Positions 1 through 10,247 of a stretch of 64,000 nucleotides of DNA are shown here, in pieces. The first letter of the stretch is position 1, and each line of letters opens with the position of its first letter. The notes under the pieces were generated by a model. It searched no databases. It had not been told where the DNA came from and was given only the letters and a program-made list of their open reading frames with translations. The stretch is from Gemmatimonadota bacterium (GTDB lineage Bacteria; Gemmatimonadota; Gemmatimonadetes; Gemmatimonadales; GWC2-71-9): the NCBI GenBank assembly GCA_039588295.1, contig JBDHAB010000018.1, positions 25,701-89,700 on the forward strand, in the 5' to 3' direction. The translations under genes and the position numbers were made by a program.

Positions 1-1
1 G

Positions 2-589
2 GCTTGTGGGCCCGGGCGGCACGCGAGGCACTTCCGGCAGCACGGCGCCCGTGTGGTCGGCTATGATCTCTCGATGCCGCTCTTGAGCAGGGCGAAGCAT
101 CGCTCGGTCGAGGGGCCATTGAGCCTCGTGCGCGGAGACATGCGGCGACTACCGTTCAGTGACGCGGCCTTCGACGTGGTCGTCAACCTCTTCACCAGCT
201 TCGGGTACTTCACCGATGATCAGCAACACCGGGAGGTGCTTCGGGAAGCGGCGCGGGTGCTGCGAGCCAGCGGCATGTTCGTGCTCGACTACCTGAACCC
301 CACCAGCGTGACGCAAGGGCTGGTTGCCCACGAGGAACGACAAGTCGGAGAGCAGCGGGTGGCAATCGAGCGTCGCATCTCCGAAGATCAGCGCTTTGTG
401 ATCAAGGAGATTCACTTGGTGGATGACGGGCGGAGTTTCGTTGAGCGGGTCCGACTGTTCTCGGCGGTGGACCTCGAGGCAATGCTGTGCGAGGTCGATC
501 TCACCGTGCTGGCACGGTACGGTGACTATAGCGGTCGCCCGATGGCGCCGCTTGCGCCGCGAACCATTCTCTTCGCCGAACGACCGTGA
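2..589 (+). CDS. Class I SAM-dependent methyltransferase, 5'-partial (candidate bacillithiol N-methyltransferase)
   Basis: Frame is open from the window start: ACGPGRH (SAM motif I), GYDLS, RGDMRRLPF, FDVVVNLFTSFGYF. Stop overlaps the bshC start (GTGA). Confidence 0.85.
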   Translation, partial: ACGPGRHARHFRQHGARVVGYDLSMPLLSRAKHRSVEGPLSLVRGDMRRLPFSDAAFDVVVNLFTSFGYFTDDQQHREVLREAARVLRASGMFVLDYLNPTSVTQGLVAHEERQVGEQRVAIERRISEDQRFVIKEIHLVDDGRSFVERVRLFSAVDLEAMLCEVDLTVLARYGDYSGRPMAPLAPRTILFAERP

Positions 590-2115
590 ATCTCTCCATC
601 GAGACGACCCCGATCGCCGACCGTCCCTCGATCGACTGGGAGCGGCTCGCCGAACGTCGGTCCGTTGCCGTTGATGCCGGACTGCGGGAAGCTTTCGTGG
701 CGCCCGGGGCCGCTGCGGAGAACCTGGGGCGACTGGTGTCCGGGGATGCCCTCTGCATCACCACGGGACAGCAGCCGGGGCTGTTGACCGGCCCCTTGTT
801 CACCGTATACAAGGCGCTGACCGCCATTGCGCTCGCGCGATCGCTTGGGACCCGCCTGACCCGGCACGTCGTGCCGGTATTCTGGGTGGCGGGCGACGAC
901 CACGACTTTGCCGAGGCAAACCATCTGCATCTCGTGACGGCGGGCAACGACGTCGTGCAGGTTACGCTGCGGCAACGCGATCCGTCGTCTCCTCTTGTTC
1001 CGCTCTACAAGGAACCGCTCGGTGACGCCATCGATGCCGTCACCGACGCGCTCACGCAGCACACGCCGGATACCGAGTTTCGGGCTGACATACTCGCGTG
1101 GGTTGCACGGCACTACCATCCAGACGCCAACTTTGCCGATGCCTTCGCCGGCGCGCTCGCCGAGCTCTTGGGCCCCGCAGGACTGATCGTGTTGCGTCCG
1201 ACTCATCCGAATGTGAAACGCGCGATGGCCCCGTGGTTGATGTCGGCCTTGCGGCAGGCAGCCGATCTGGATCAGTCACTCGAGCGGCGCGCCGCGGAGT
1301 TGCGCCAGCGGGGTCGGGCGGTACCGGTACCGGTCGGAGACGGTGCGACGACCGTGATGCTCGAGGGACGCCTCGGTCGTGATCGCCTCATGCAGGATGG
1401 TGACCATTTCGTGACCCGACGGTCTGGAGAGACATGGTCCCTCGCAGAGCTGCAGGAGATCGCCGCGAGCGAGCCGAGTCGGTTGTCACCGAACGTGCTG
1501 CTCAGACCGGTCGTTGAGGCTGCCCTGCTGCCGTCGCTCGCGTATGTGGCGGGACCCGGGGAACTGTCGTACCTCGCGCAATGTGCTCCGATCTACGAGG
1601 CCTTGGCGGTCGAACCGCAGGCCGCGTTTCCGCGCTGGTCGGGACGGGTTGTCGAGCAGCGGATCGCGAAGGTTCTCACGAAGTACGGCGTGGGCGCCGC
1701 CGATCTCCACGCCCAGCCCGGCGCACTCGAGGCGTCGCTGGTACGAGACGACATGCCGGAGGATGCCTCGGACGCGTTGAACACCCTGCGGAGCACGCTG
1801 AAGGCGGAATATGACCGGCTGCAGGATGCTGCGACGCAGGTCGATCCAACGCTGCGCAAGACCGTACAGTCGGCCCGCAACGCTGCGCTCTCCGGGACGG
1901 ACGACATCGAACGACGTCTCATCGCGCACCTCAAGAAGCAGAACGAGATCGTGGTTCAGCAAATCGCCAAGGCGCGGCAGCATCTCTTCCCGACAGGCAA
2001 GCCACAGGAACGGGTGCTGAACATCGTCCCGTATCTCGTCCGTTACGGCGCCGGTGTCGTCGATCACTTGCTCGAGACAGTGCAGGCGTCCCTGGCATCC
2101 CGCGCAGACGGATAG
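586..2115 (+). CDS. bshC: Bacillithiol biosynthesis cysteine-adding enzyme BshC
   Basis: TGQQPGL, FWVAGDDHDF, SPNVLLRP, GPGELSY and C-terminal PQERVLN motifs; 509 aa. Confidence 0.92.
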   Translation: MNLSIETTPIADRPSIDWERLAERRSVAVDAGLREAFVAPGAAAENLGRLVSGDALCITTGQQPGLLTGPLFTVYKALTAIALARSLGTRLTRHVVPVFWVAGDDHDFAEANHLHLVTAGNDVVQVTLRQRDPSSPLVPLYKEPLGDAIDAVTDALTQHTPDTEFRADILAWVARHYHPDANFADAFAGALAELLGPAGLIVLRPTHPNVKRAMAPWLMSALRQAADLDQSLERRAAELRQRGRAVPVPVGDGATTVMLEGRLGRDRLMQDGDHFVTRRSGETWSLAELQEIAASEPSRLSPNVLLRPVVEAALLPSLAYVAGPGELSYLAQCAPIYEALAVEPQAAFPRWSGRVVEQRIAKVLTKYGVGAADLHAQPGALEASLVRDDMPEDASDALNTLRSTLKAEYDRLQDAATQVDPTLRKTVQSARNAALSGTDDIERRLIAHLKKQNEIVVQQIAKARQHLFPTGKPQERVLNIVPYLVRYGAGVVDHLLETVQASLASRADG

Positions 2116-2124
2116 CCGCCGGCT

Positions 2125-2430
2125 ATGCTCTGGGTCTTGGCGTTCGCGGTCCTGTTTCTCGCACTCCTCATACCGACCCTAGCGGTTCTGCTCGACGCGC
2201 CGGCGCTGCGGCGGCGCAAGGGCGGAGGAAGCGGCTCCGTCCCGATCGAGCAACCGGGACTCCATGTCGTTGAGGAACTCACCCGGCGCCTCCTCTTGCT
2301 GGAGGATGATCTCGACGAGCTGCGACGGACCGTCCAAGCCCTGCAGGACGACGTCGACGTCCTGCAGGGACAGCTCGATGCGACCGCGACGCCGGATGCG
2401 GGACGTCCGCCCGCGCCGCCCAGCAACTAG
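2125..2430 (+). CDS. Small hypothetical protein with N-terminal membrane anchor and coiled coil
   Basis: Hydrophobic N-terminus, then LEDDLDELRRTVQALQDDVDVLQGQL heptads; fills the gap between bshC and murJ. Confidence 0.7.
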   Translation: MLWVLAFAVLFLALLIPTLAVLLDAPALRRRKGGGSGSVPIEQPGLHVVEELTRRLLLLEDDLDELRRTVQALQDDVDVLQGQLDATATPDAGRPPAPPSN

Positions 2431-2432
2431 GC

Positions 2433-3953
2433 ATGGCGCACACCGAGGGTCGTCTGGCCGCCCGCGTCGGCGCGGGGATTCTGCTCACTCGAATCCTCGG
2501 GTTCGTGCGGGAGCGGGTCTTCGCGCACTACTTCGGTGACGGCCCGGCCGCCGACGCGTTTCGCGCGGCGCTCCGCATTCCGAACGTCATCCGCAACCTG
2601 CTCGGCGAGGGGACACTCTCGGCGTCGTTCATTCCCGTCTACGCGGGCATGATCGAGCGTGGCGACACTGACGGCGCCCGTCGGCTCGCCGGGGTGATCG
2701 TCTCGCTGCTGATCCTGCTGACCGCCGGTGCGGCACTCCTCGGCATTCTCCTGGCGCCGATCATCACGGGCTTTGTCGCTCCAGGGTTTTCGGGGTCCAC
2801 GCGCGATCTCACCATCAGGCTCGTCGAGATCATGTTCCCCATGTTCGGGGTCCTCATCATTTCCGCGTGGTGTCTCGGCGTGCTCAACACCCACCGCCGG
2901 TTCTTCCTTTCCTACGCGGCGCCGGCGGTGTGGAACATCGTGCAAATCGCGACCTTGATCGTGTTGGGTGGGGCGCTGCTCGACGTTCGTCTGGTGGTCG
3001 CGCTCGCGTGGGGGGCGTTGTTCGGAAGCGTGCTCCAGGTGGCAATCCAACTTCCGACCACCGTACGGCTGATCGAGCGAGTGCATTGGAGCCTGCGACT
3101 CGACACGCCCGGTGTGCGCCACGTCATGCGCGCCTGGGTTCCGGTGGTGTTCGGCGCAGGGGCGTACCAGGTCTCCAGCATCATCGACACCCAGCTTGCG
3201 TCGCTGCTGGACCCGGGTTCGGTGGCGATCTTGGGTTACGCTCAGCTCGTTGCGATCCTCCCGGTGTCGCTGTTCGGCGTGAGCGTGGCGGCAGTGGCGC
3301 TCCCGGAGCTGAGCCGTGACGTGGCCGACGACGACGACGCGGTGCTTCGCGCCAGGGTGGCGACCGGCCTCCGTCGCATCGCGTTCTTCGTACTGCCTTC
3401 GGCCGTCGCGTTTGCCGCACTCGGACCGGAGATCCTCGGTGCCCTGTTCCAGACGGGCGCGTTCGGTGCAACGCAGACGGCGATCGCAGCGGGCGTGCTG
3501 GCCGCATACGCGATCGGAGTGCCGGCACAAGCATCGCTCAAACTCCTCGCCTCCGGGCACTATGCGTTTCGGGACACCCGGACGCCCGTGAGCATCGCCG
3601 TGCTCTCTGTGATCGTCTCCGCGGGCACGGCCTACGGCTTGATGCAGTACTTCGGCCCGGCCGGAATCGCCCTCGGCGCGGCGACCGGCGCCTATGTCAA
3701 CATGCTGCTCAACTACGGTGCGTTGTCTCGCAAGGTGACAGGCCTGCTGGGACCCTCCGAACTCCGAGCGATCATGACCTGTATCGTCGCCGTCGTGCCC
3801 GCGGCGCTCCTGGGCCTCTGGCTCGCCAGCCTCCTGCAACAATCTCTGTGGGTCGCCGCCCTCGGATCCCTTGCGGGGTTTGGATTAGCTTACGGTGGGG
3901 TGACGGCGGCCTTGGGACATCCCGACGCGCGACAGCTGTTGCGGCGGCGCTAG
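2433..3953 (+). CDS. murJ: Lipid II flippase MurJ (MviN)
   Basis: RILGFVRE, ADAF..ALRIPN..RNLLGEGTLSASFIP, DTRTP; multiple TM helices. Confidence 0.95.
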   Translation: MAHTEGRLAARVGAGILLTRILGFVRERVFAHYFGDGPAADAFRAALRIPNVIRNLLGEGTLSASFIPVYAGMIERGDTDGARRLAGVIVSLLILLTAGAALLGILLAPIITGFVAPGFSGSTRDLTIRLVEIMFPMFGVLIISAWCLGVLNTHRRFFLSYAAPAVWNIVQIATLIVLGGALLDVRLVVALAWGALFGSVLQVAIQLPTTVRLIERVHWSLRLDTPGVRHVMRAWVPVVFGAGAYQVSSIIDTQLASLLDPGSVAILGYAQLVAILPVSLFGVSVAAVALPELSRDVADDDDAVLRARVATGLRRIAFFVLPSAVAFAALGPEILGALFQTGAFGATQTAIAAGVLAAYAIGVPAQASLKLLASGHYAFRDTRTPVSIAVLSVIVSAGTAYGLMQYFGPAGIALGAATGAYVNMLLNYGALSRKVTGLLGPSELRAIMTCIVAVVPAALLGLWLASLLQQSLWVAALGSLAGFGLAYGGVTAALGHPDARQLLRRR

Positions 3954-4032
3954 AAGGCGGACCCCGCGGCGTCCCGTCGGACGGCGAAGCCGAACGCCGA
4001 AGGTCTCGCGAAACGCAGCATTTTGAGAGTGT

Positions 4033-5871
4033 ATGGTCGACCTCCCGCCTGACATCGAGCGTAAGCTCGCCGCCTTGCCGGACGAGCCCGGCGTCTATCT
4101 GTGGAAGGATGCCGGTGGGGCCGTGTTGTACATCGGTAAGGCCAAGCGGCTCAAGCAGCGAGTCCGGAACTACTTCACGAGCGATCACTCGCACAGCCCC
4201 AAGAACAGGATGCTGCTGCGCCTGATTCACGACCTCGACACAATCGTGGTGCCGTCTGAGTCGCAGGCGCTCCTGCTCGAGAACAACCTCATCAAGGAGT
4301 ATCGGCCCCGCTTCAACGTTCAACTTCGTGACGACAAGAGCTACCCGCGTATCGCCGTAACGCTCGACGAGCCGTTTCCTCGAGTGCTGGTCGTGCGCCG
4401 TCTCAACATCAAAGCTGCCCGGTTCTTCGGTCCCTATACGGACGTGGGGGTGTTGCGCCGAACGCTGCGGATCATCCGGCGGCTCTTCACGGTTCGCTCG
4501 TGTCATTACGACCTGCCAACCGAGGCGCCCGATCGACCATGTCTCGACTACCACATCCGTCGCTGCTTAGCGCCATGCGTCGACCTCCAGAGCAGGAAGG
4601 AGTATCGACGCATGATCGACGACGTGGTTGCGTTTCTCGAGGGAAAGACGGTGGTGGTACGGGCCCGGCTGCGGGAGCGGATGGAGGAAGCGGCCACACG
4701 CCTCGACTTCGAGCGCGCCGCAGAGATTCGAAACGCGCTGCAGTGGTTGGAGCAGCTCGAACAGCCACAGAGCGTGGAGGTCGTCGGAGGGCGCGATGCC
4801 GACGTGCTCGGATTCGCCCGGGACGGCGATGACGCCATCGGTGTCGTGGTGCGGGTACGAACGGGCAAGATGGTTGCGCGCGAGCAGCGGTTCTTCCAGA
4901 ATCTGGCGGAAACATCGGACGCCGAGATTCTCAGCCGCTTTGTCGTCCAACACTACCTGGTCTCCGAAACACGCGCGCGGCGGGTGGTACTGCCGTTCGT
5001 CCCCGCCGACTTCGAGGCCCTGGCGCAGCTCGCGCCCGACGCGGACTGGTTGATTCCCAAGCGCGGGGTGAACCAACGCCTGGTCGCGCTCGCCGATCAG
5101 AACGCACGACACCTGCTCGAGAGCTTCAAGCTCGAGTCGTTCGAAACCGAGGAGCGCGTCCAGGATCCCGTCTACGCGCTGGGCCGCGACCTTGGCCTCA
5201 CCATCGTGCCGCGGAGCTTCGTCTGCATTGATGTGTCCACGAACCAGGGACGCGACACCGTTGGATCGCTCGTGTGGTTCGAAAGCGGCCGGCCCAAGAA
5301 GAGTGAGTATCGGCGTTATCGGATTCGTGGTCTCGCCGAGTCGGAGGAATCAGGCGCCGAGGCTCCGCGACAGGACGACTATGCCGCGGTCCACGAGGTC
5401 GTGACGCGTTTTGTCCGACGCCGATCTGAGGAGAACAAGCCCCTCCCCGATCTACTCGTGATCGACGGCGGCAAGGGGCAGCTCCATGCGGCTGTGACAG
5501 CCCTGGAAGAGCTGGGCGTTGCCGAGCTGCCGACCGCGAGTCTCGCCAAACGGGAGGAAGAGGTGTTTCTTCCGGGCCGGAAGCAGAGCCTCAGGCTCCC
5601 GGCACGCGCCCCCTCGCTCAGGCTCCTGCAAAGAGCCCGGGACGAGGCGCACCGGTTCGCCGTCACCTACAGTCGTAAGCGGCGCACCCAACGTACCGTC
5701 ACGTCGGAGCTGCTGAACATTCCCGGCGTAGGAGACAAGCGCCGACGCCAGTTGCTCGAGCAGTTTGGCAGCCTCGCCGGCGTGCGGCTCGCGACACCCG
5801 AAGAGATCGCGGCCCTGCCGGGCTTTTCCCTCAAACTCGCCGATCGAATTCTCGAGAGCGTCAAACCATGA
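4033..5871 (+). CDS. uvrC: Excinuclease ABC subunit C
   Basis: GIY-YIG domain (PGVY..LYIGKAK), DDKSYP, UVR domain, DLLVIDGGKGQL, RDEAHRFA, C-terminal HhH. Confidence 0.97.
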   Translation: MVDLPPDIERKLAALPDEPGVYLWKDAGGAVLYIGKAKRLKQRVRNYFTSDHSHSPKNRMLLRLIHDLDTIVVPSESQALLLENNLIKEYRPRFNVQLRDDKSYPRIAVTLDEPFPRVLVVRRLNIKAARFFGPYTDVGVLRRTLRIIRRLFTVRSCHYDLPTEAPDRPCLDYHIRRCLAPCVDLQSRKEYRRMIDDVVAFLEGKTVVVRARLRERMEEAATRLDFERAAEIRNALQWLEQLEQPQSVEVVGGRDADVLGFARDGDDAIGVVVRVRTGKMVAREQRFFQNLAETSDAEILSRFVVQHYLVSETRARRVVLPFVPADFEALAQLAPDADWLIPKRGVNQRLVALADQNARHLLESFKLESFETEERVQDPVYALGRDLGLTIVPRSFVCIDVSTNQGRDTVGSLVWFESGRPKKSEYRRYRIRGLAESEESGAEAPRQDDYAAVHEVVTRFVRRRSEENKPLPDLLVIDGGKGQLHAAVTALEELGVAELPTASLAKREEEVFLPGRKQSLRLPARAPSLRLLQRARDEAHRFAVTYSRKRRTQRTVTSELLNIPGVGDKRRRQLLEQFGSLAGVRLATPEEIAALPGFSLKLADRILESVKP

Positions 5872-7019
5872 CACCTCAGTGGTCGCTGCACTGCTCGGCC
5901 TGTGCCACAACCGCTACCGCGGACGGGTTGCCCACGGTATGCCCGGATTGCGGTGCACCGTGGCTCGTTCGATACCAGACCCAGCCCGAGCCCGAGATCA
6001 AGCACCGGCTGGCGGACCGGCCGTGGACCATGTGGCGCTACCGCGAGTGGCTCCCGCTCACCGACGCGGATGAACCGGTCACGCTTGGAGAAGGCGGGAC
6101 GCCGCTCGTCCCGGTGCCTCGTCTCGCGCAGGCAGCGGGCGTACGAGCGCTCTGGATCAAGGACGAAGCCACCAACCCTACGGCCTCGTTCAAAGCGCGC
6201 GGCCTGTCTGCGGCCGTCACGCGGGCCCGTGCCGGCGGTGCACGGGCGTTGACCGCGCCCACCGCCGGCAATGCGGGGGTTGCACTCAGTGCCTACGGGC
6301 AGCGCGCGGGACTCCCCGTCCACGTGTTCGCTCCTAAAACCACACCACCCCGAATCCTCCAGCAGATTGAGATGTTCGGTGCGGACCTGCGTCTCGTGGA
6401 CGGGCACATTGGGGACTGCGGCAAGGCGGCACGCGCATACGCCGCGGAGCACGATGCGTTCGATGTTTCGACGCTGCGAGAACCGTACCGGATCGAGGGC
6501 AAGAAGACATTGGGACTCGAGGTCGCCGAGCAGCTCAACTGGACCCTTCCGGACGCCGTGGTCTACCCCACTGGGGGTGGGACGGGCCTGATCGGGATGT
6601 GGATCGCGTTCACGGACCTCCTGCGCGCCGGATGGGTGCAGGGCAGGGTCCCTCGGCTCTACAGTGTGCAATCGTCGGGCTGCGCCCCGGTCGTCCGCGC
6701 TTTCGAGGCCGGGAGCACCCAGACCGAACCGTGGGATGACCCATGGACCATCGCATCCGGCCTCCGCGTTCCCGCTCCCCTGGGCGGTCCCCTCATCCTT
6801 CGAGGCATCAACGAGACGGGAGGCGCCGCCGTCGCTGTGACGGACGAGGTGCTCAGTGCGGCCGAGCGGCGGATCGCGGCTACCGAGGGAATTGACGCAT
6901 GTCCCGAAGGCGGGGCGACCCTGGCAGCGTTGGAACACCTGCGTGCGACCGGTGAGGTGCAGGCCGACGAAGCGGTGGTGTTGTTCAACACTGGGGCGGG
7001 GTGGCTATACCGGACGTAG
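5868..7019 (+). CDS. thrC: Threonine synthase (fold-type II PLP enzyme)
   Basis: N-terminal CxxC..CxxC, TLGEGGTPL, NPTASFKARG, TAGNAG, EGKKT, YPTGGGTG. Confidence 0.85.
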   Translation: MTPQWSLHCSACATTATADGLPTVCPDCGAPWLVRYQTQPEPEIKHRLADRPWTMWRYREWLPLTDADEPVTLGEGGTPLVPVPRLAQAAGVRALWIKDEATNPTASFKARGLSAAVTRARAGGARALTAPTAGNAGVALSAYGQRAGLPVHVFAPKTTPPRILQQIEMFGADLRLVDGHIGDCGKAARAYAAEHDAFDVSTLREPYRIEGKKTLGLEVAEQLNWTLPDAVVYPTGGGTGLIGMWIAFTDLLRAGWVQGRVPRLYSVQSSGCAPVVRAFEAGSTQTEPWDDPWTIASGLRVPAPLGGPLILRGINETGGAAVAVTDEVLSAAERRIAATEGIDACPEGGATLAALEHLRATGEVQADEAVVLFNTGAGWLYRT

Positions 7020-7052
7020 TGGTTGATAATTACAGGTTTGAGCCACGCTACG

Positions 7053-8264
7053 ATGCGAATCGCGATCCTCGATCCCGCCGCCGGAATCAGCGGTGACATG
7101 ACACTCGGCGCCCTGGTAGATGCGGGGCTCGAGGAATCGTGGCTCACAGGCCTACCGGCGAGAGTCGGGTTTCCCGAAGTCACCGTCGTGATCGACCGCG
7201 TGGACCGGGCCTCCGTCTCTGCCACGAAAGTAGATTTCGCGATCCCCCAATCGCGCGTGTCCGGTCACGGTCGAACGGTCGGGGATCTCATCGAGCTCGT
7301 GCGCGGGGCCGACGTCTCGGATTCCGTGAAGCACACGGCGGTTCGAGCCTTCGGGTTGCTTGGCGAGGCGGAAGGGCAGGTACACGGTGTGGCTCCGAAC
7401 AAGGTGCACCTCCACGAAGTCGGCGCCGTTGATGCCGTCCTCGATATCGTCGGAGCGGTCGAGGGCTTTGAGCGGCTCGGCGTGGACGCCGTGTACAATC
7501 TCCCCGTGGCACTGGGGACGGGTTGGGTGGAGGCGGCACACGGCCATCTACCAGTGCCGGCACCGGCGACGGCCCGGTTGTTGGAAGGTATGGACGTCAC
7601 AATCGGAGCTCCCGTGGAGGGAGAGGCAACCACACCGACCGGTGCCGTGCTGCTGCGCGTGCTGTCGCGGGGATCACCGCCGTCGCGCTGGCGCATGGTC
7701 GCGAGTGCGTGGGGTGCCGGGACACGCAACCCGGCGAGCTACCCGGGAGCACTCCGACTCATGCTCGCAGAGTCGGCGCATGAGGCGGGGGTCGTCGAAG
7801 TCGTCGCCACCGACATGGACGACATGCAGCCGGAGTACGTCGAGCCGTTGCGGACCGCGCTGCTCGACGCCGGCGCCGTGGACTGCCAAGCCTGGCCGAC
7901 GCACGGCAAGAAGGGGCGCGTGAGCATCCGTGTGGAGGCGCTCGTTCCGGCCGCAGCCGTCGAGCGCGTCATCACGGCGCTGTTTGTGCACGGCACGACT
8001 GGTGGAATTCGGCGCTGGCCGGCGACTCGGGCAACCCTTGCACGCAGCGAGCTGAAAGTGGAGCTTGAAGGCGCTTCCCGGGTACGAGTAAAGGCGTGGA
8101 AAACACCCACTGGAGTGCGTTTCAAAGCAGAGTATGACGACGTTGTAGCGGCGGCCGAACGCCTGGGACTCCCGGCACTCACGGTCGCGCGTGAGGCTGA
8201 GCAGCGCGCGGAGGCGATGCTGCGAGACAGTGGAACAGAGGTCGGGTATTCAATCGGTGAGTAA
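7053..8264 (+). CDS. larC: Nickel pincer cofactor nickel insertase LarC family protein
   Basis: GISGDM.LGALVDAG, AE..VHG...VHLHEVGAVD, HG.LPVPAPAT, TTPTGA, KKGR, EYDD. Start placed at ATG 7053. Confidence 0.9.
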   Translation: MRIAILDPAAGISGDMTLGALVDAGLEESWLTGLPARVGFPEVTVVIDRVDRASVSATKVDFAIPQSRVSGHGRTVGDLIELVRGADVSDSVKHTAVRAFGLLGEAEGQVHGVAPNKVHLHEVGAVDAVLDIVGAVEGFERLGVDAVYNLPVALGTGWVEAAHGHLPVPAPATARLLEGMDVTIGAPVEGEATTPTGAVLLRVLSRGSPPSRWRMVASAWGAGTRNPASYPGALRLMLAESAHEAGVVEVVATDMDDMQPEYVEPLRTALLDAGAVDCQAWPTHGKKGRVSIRVEALVPAAAVERVITALFVHGTTGGIRRWPATRATLARSELKVELEGASRVRVKAWKTPTGVRFKAEYDDVVAAAERLGLPALTVAREAEQRAEAMLRDSGTEVGYSIGE

Positions 8265-8276
8265 AGGAGCGACGGA

Positions 8277-9674
8277 ATGAAGAACCTGGTGGCAGCGGCT
8301 GCGATCGCTGCGGCACTGACCGTTCCAGCATCGGAAGCGGTGGGGCAGGGTGGGTACCGCGAGCCGAATTGCGACATCAAGAAGGGCCACTTCCTCGTCA
8401 ACAGCGCGGTGGTCTACATCAAAGGAGCGAGCGAAGAGGGCGATCCCGTGAAGCGACAATCGATGTTGAATAACGCGGAGCGGAACCTGCATGACGCGCT
8501 CGATCGCGGGCAGGAGGAGAACCCGGGCGTGTGGTACTTCCTGGGACGATACTACGTGATGACGCGAGATCTCATCGGCGCCGATTCCGCGTTCGATCGG
8601 GCGGCAGAGCTCGAGCCGCGATGTGCGGAGGACATCCTGTACTATCGGCAGGTCCTGTGGGTACCGACGATCAATCAGGCAATCGACTCGATGCGCACCG
8701 GAAGGCTCGAGGGGGCGAAGTCGATCCTGAGCCAAGCCAACCGCATCTACCCGGATGACAGTCGGGCCGCGTTCTACCTTGCCCGGATCTTCGGCAACGA
8801 GGGCGAGTTGGACAGCGCCGTCCACTACTTCAAGGCGGTGGTGGAATCGGGGGATGCCGACTCGAGCCGGGCGCAGGATTACGAGACGTCCGTGTTCAAC
8901 CTCGGCTTGATCTATGGGATGATGCAGCAATGGGACTCTTCGGCAACGTGGTATGCGCGCTACCGCGACCAGATCGACGCGAATGACCCCCAGGCACTGA
9001 TGGGACTGGCTCAAGCGCTCTCGGAAGCCGGCGAAGCCGAGCGGGCCCTGGTCCTCTACGACAGCGTGATGATGCTCGCCGAGCAGATGGATCCCCTGGA
9101 CCTGTTTCGTACTGGTGAGATCCTGTTTCGCGCCGAGCGCTTCACCGATGCCGCGGAAGCGTTCGAGCTCGGCCTGAAAGGCAATCCGTTCTTCCGGCCG
9201 GGCCTCTACAACTTGGCCAACGCATACCTCGCGATACACAACGACGTGGCCGAATCGGAACCTGAGAAGGAGGAAGCAGCACTCGCAATGGAAGCGGCGG
9301 CACTGCGCCTCGTTGAAGTCGATCCGCAGAATGTCGAGTCGCTGAACTTGCTCGCTGCATCGTACCAGCTACAGCGGAAGGATGATTCCACACTTGCCGT
9401 TCTCGAGCGCCGCGAGGCATTGACCTTCGAGGTGCAAATCGACCAGCAGCAAACGGTGGAGGGAGGCTATTCGGTTCAGGGACGGCTGGTGAACCCCAAA
9501 GAGGAGGAAGTCGCTGCTCCCGCCGTGATGTTCGAGTTCCTCGACGCGCAGGGTAACGTCATCATGACGAGCTCTGTGCAGCCGATGACACTCGCCGCGA
9601 ATGGCTCGTCTCCGTTCACGCTGAACGGTGTTGGAGAGGAAATCGTCGCCGCCCGCTACACCGTCCAGCAGTAA
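8277..9674 (+). CDS. Exported TPR-repeat protein with C-terminal FxLYD-like domain (paralog 1)
   Basis: AAGGAG RBS, signal peptide, TPR helices (WYFLGRYY, FNLGLIY, YNLANAY), C-terminal VQGRLVN..FEFLDAQGNV. Confidence 0.85.
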   Translation: MKNLVAAAAIAAALTVPASEAVGQGGYREPNCDIKKGHFLVNSAVVYIKGASEEGDPVKRQSMLNNAERNLHDALDRGQEENPGVWYFLGRYYVMTRDLIGADSAFDRAAELEPRCAEDILYYRQVLWVPTINQAIDSMRTGRLEGAKSILSQANRIYPDDSRAAFYLARIFGNEGELDSAVHYFKAVVESGDADSSRAQDYETSVFNLGLIYGMMQQWDSSATWYARYRDQIDANDPQALMGLAQALSEAGEAERALVLYDSVMMLAEQMDPLDLFRTGEILFRAERFTDAAEAFELGLKGNPFFRPGLYNLANAYLAIHNDVAESEPEKEEAALAMEAAALRLVEVDPQNVESLNLLAASYQLQRKDDSTLAVLERREALTFEVQIDQQQTVEGGYSVQGRLVNPKEEEVAAPAVMFEFLDAQGNVIMTSSVQPMTLAANGSSPFTLNGVGEEIVAARYTVQQ

Positions 9675-9694
9675 CAAGCGGCATTCGTCAACGC

Positions 9695-9725
9695 CAAGCC
9701 CTTGCGCCGTTCGCGCAGGGGCTTG
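9695..9725. terminator. Hairpin between convergent genes, probable terminator
   Basis: CAAGCCCTTGCG / CGCAGGGGCTTG 12-bp stem (one G-U) after the stop at 9674; no clear U tract. Confidence 0.55.
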
Positions 9726-9762
9726 TGCGTGCCCGTCAGCTGAATTCCCTCGCCGCGTTCTG

Positions 9763-10011
9763 CTACCGTCCGATACTCGGCGTTCGGTCCCTGATTTCCG
9801 TGAGGGTGTCGTGTATTCGGAACAGGAGGATCAAGAGTTCGCAATAGATGCGGACGACGAGGGGCCCGATCAATAGGATCATGAGGCCTGCAAAGAAGGA
9901 CTGCCCCATCGCCCCGAATCCCGTGATCACGCAGGCGACTACGCCAACCCAGAAAATGATCTGGATAATCATGGGGGTGATCATCTTCCGAAACGCCAAG
10001 AACTCGTCCAC
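9763..10011 (-). CDS. DUF4282 family small membrane protein
   Basis: F..F..MITP.II..IFW and RIYCELLILLFRI pattern; AAGGAGG RBS before the GTG. Confidence 0.85.
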   Translation of the reverse strand: MDEFLAFRKMITPMIIQIIFWVGVVACVITGFGAMGQSFFAGLMILLIGPLVVRIYCELLILLFRIHDTLTEIRDRTPSIGR

Positions 10012-10247
10012 GGTGCCTCCTTCAGCGATCGAGAGGACCGCCGATTGATGAAACTGATTCCACGGCTTCCTTGAACGTCACCTGCGTGACGGGCCGCGCA
10101 GCATAACGAGGCGCCCAAGCTGCAGACTCGAAACCGGACGCGCAACCACCAGGCTGGCGCGGGGCAGCCAAACACGAGCTCTCGACCGAGACCGCCTCGG
10201 CGGTCTCGACCACGTACGTTGTGATGCACGAGCGTCGGCTAACTGTC

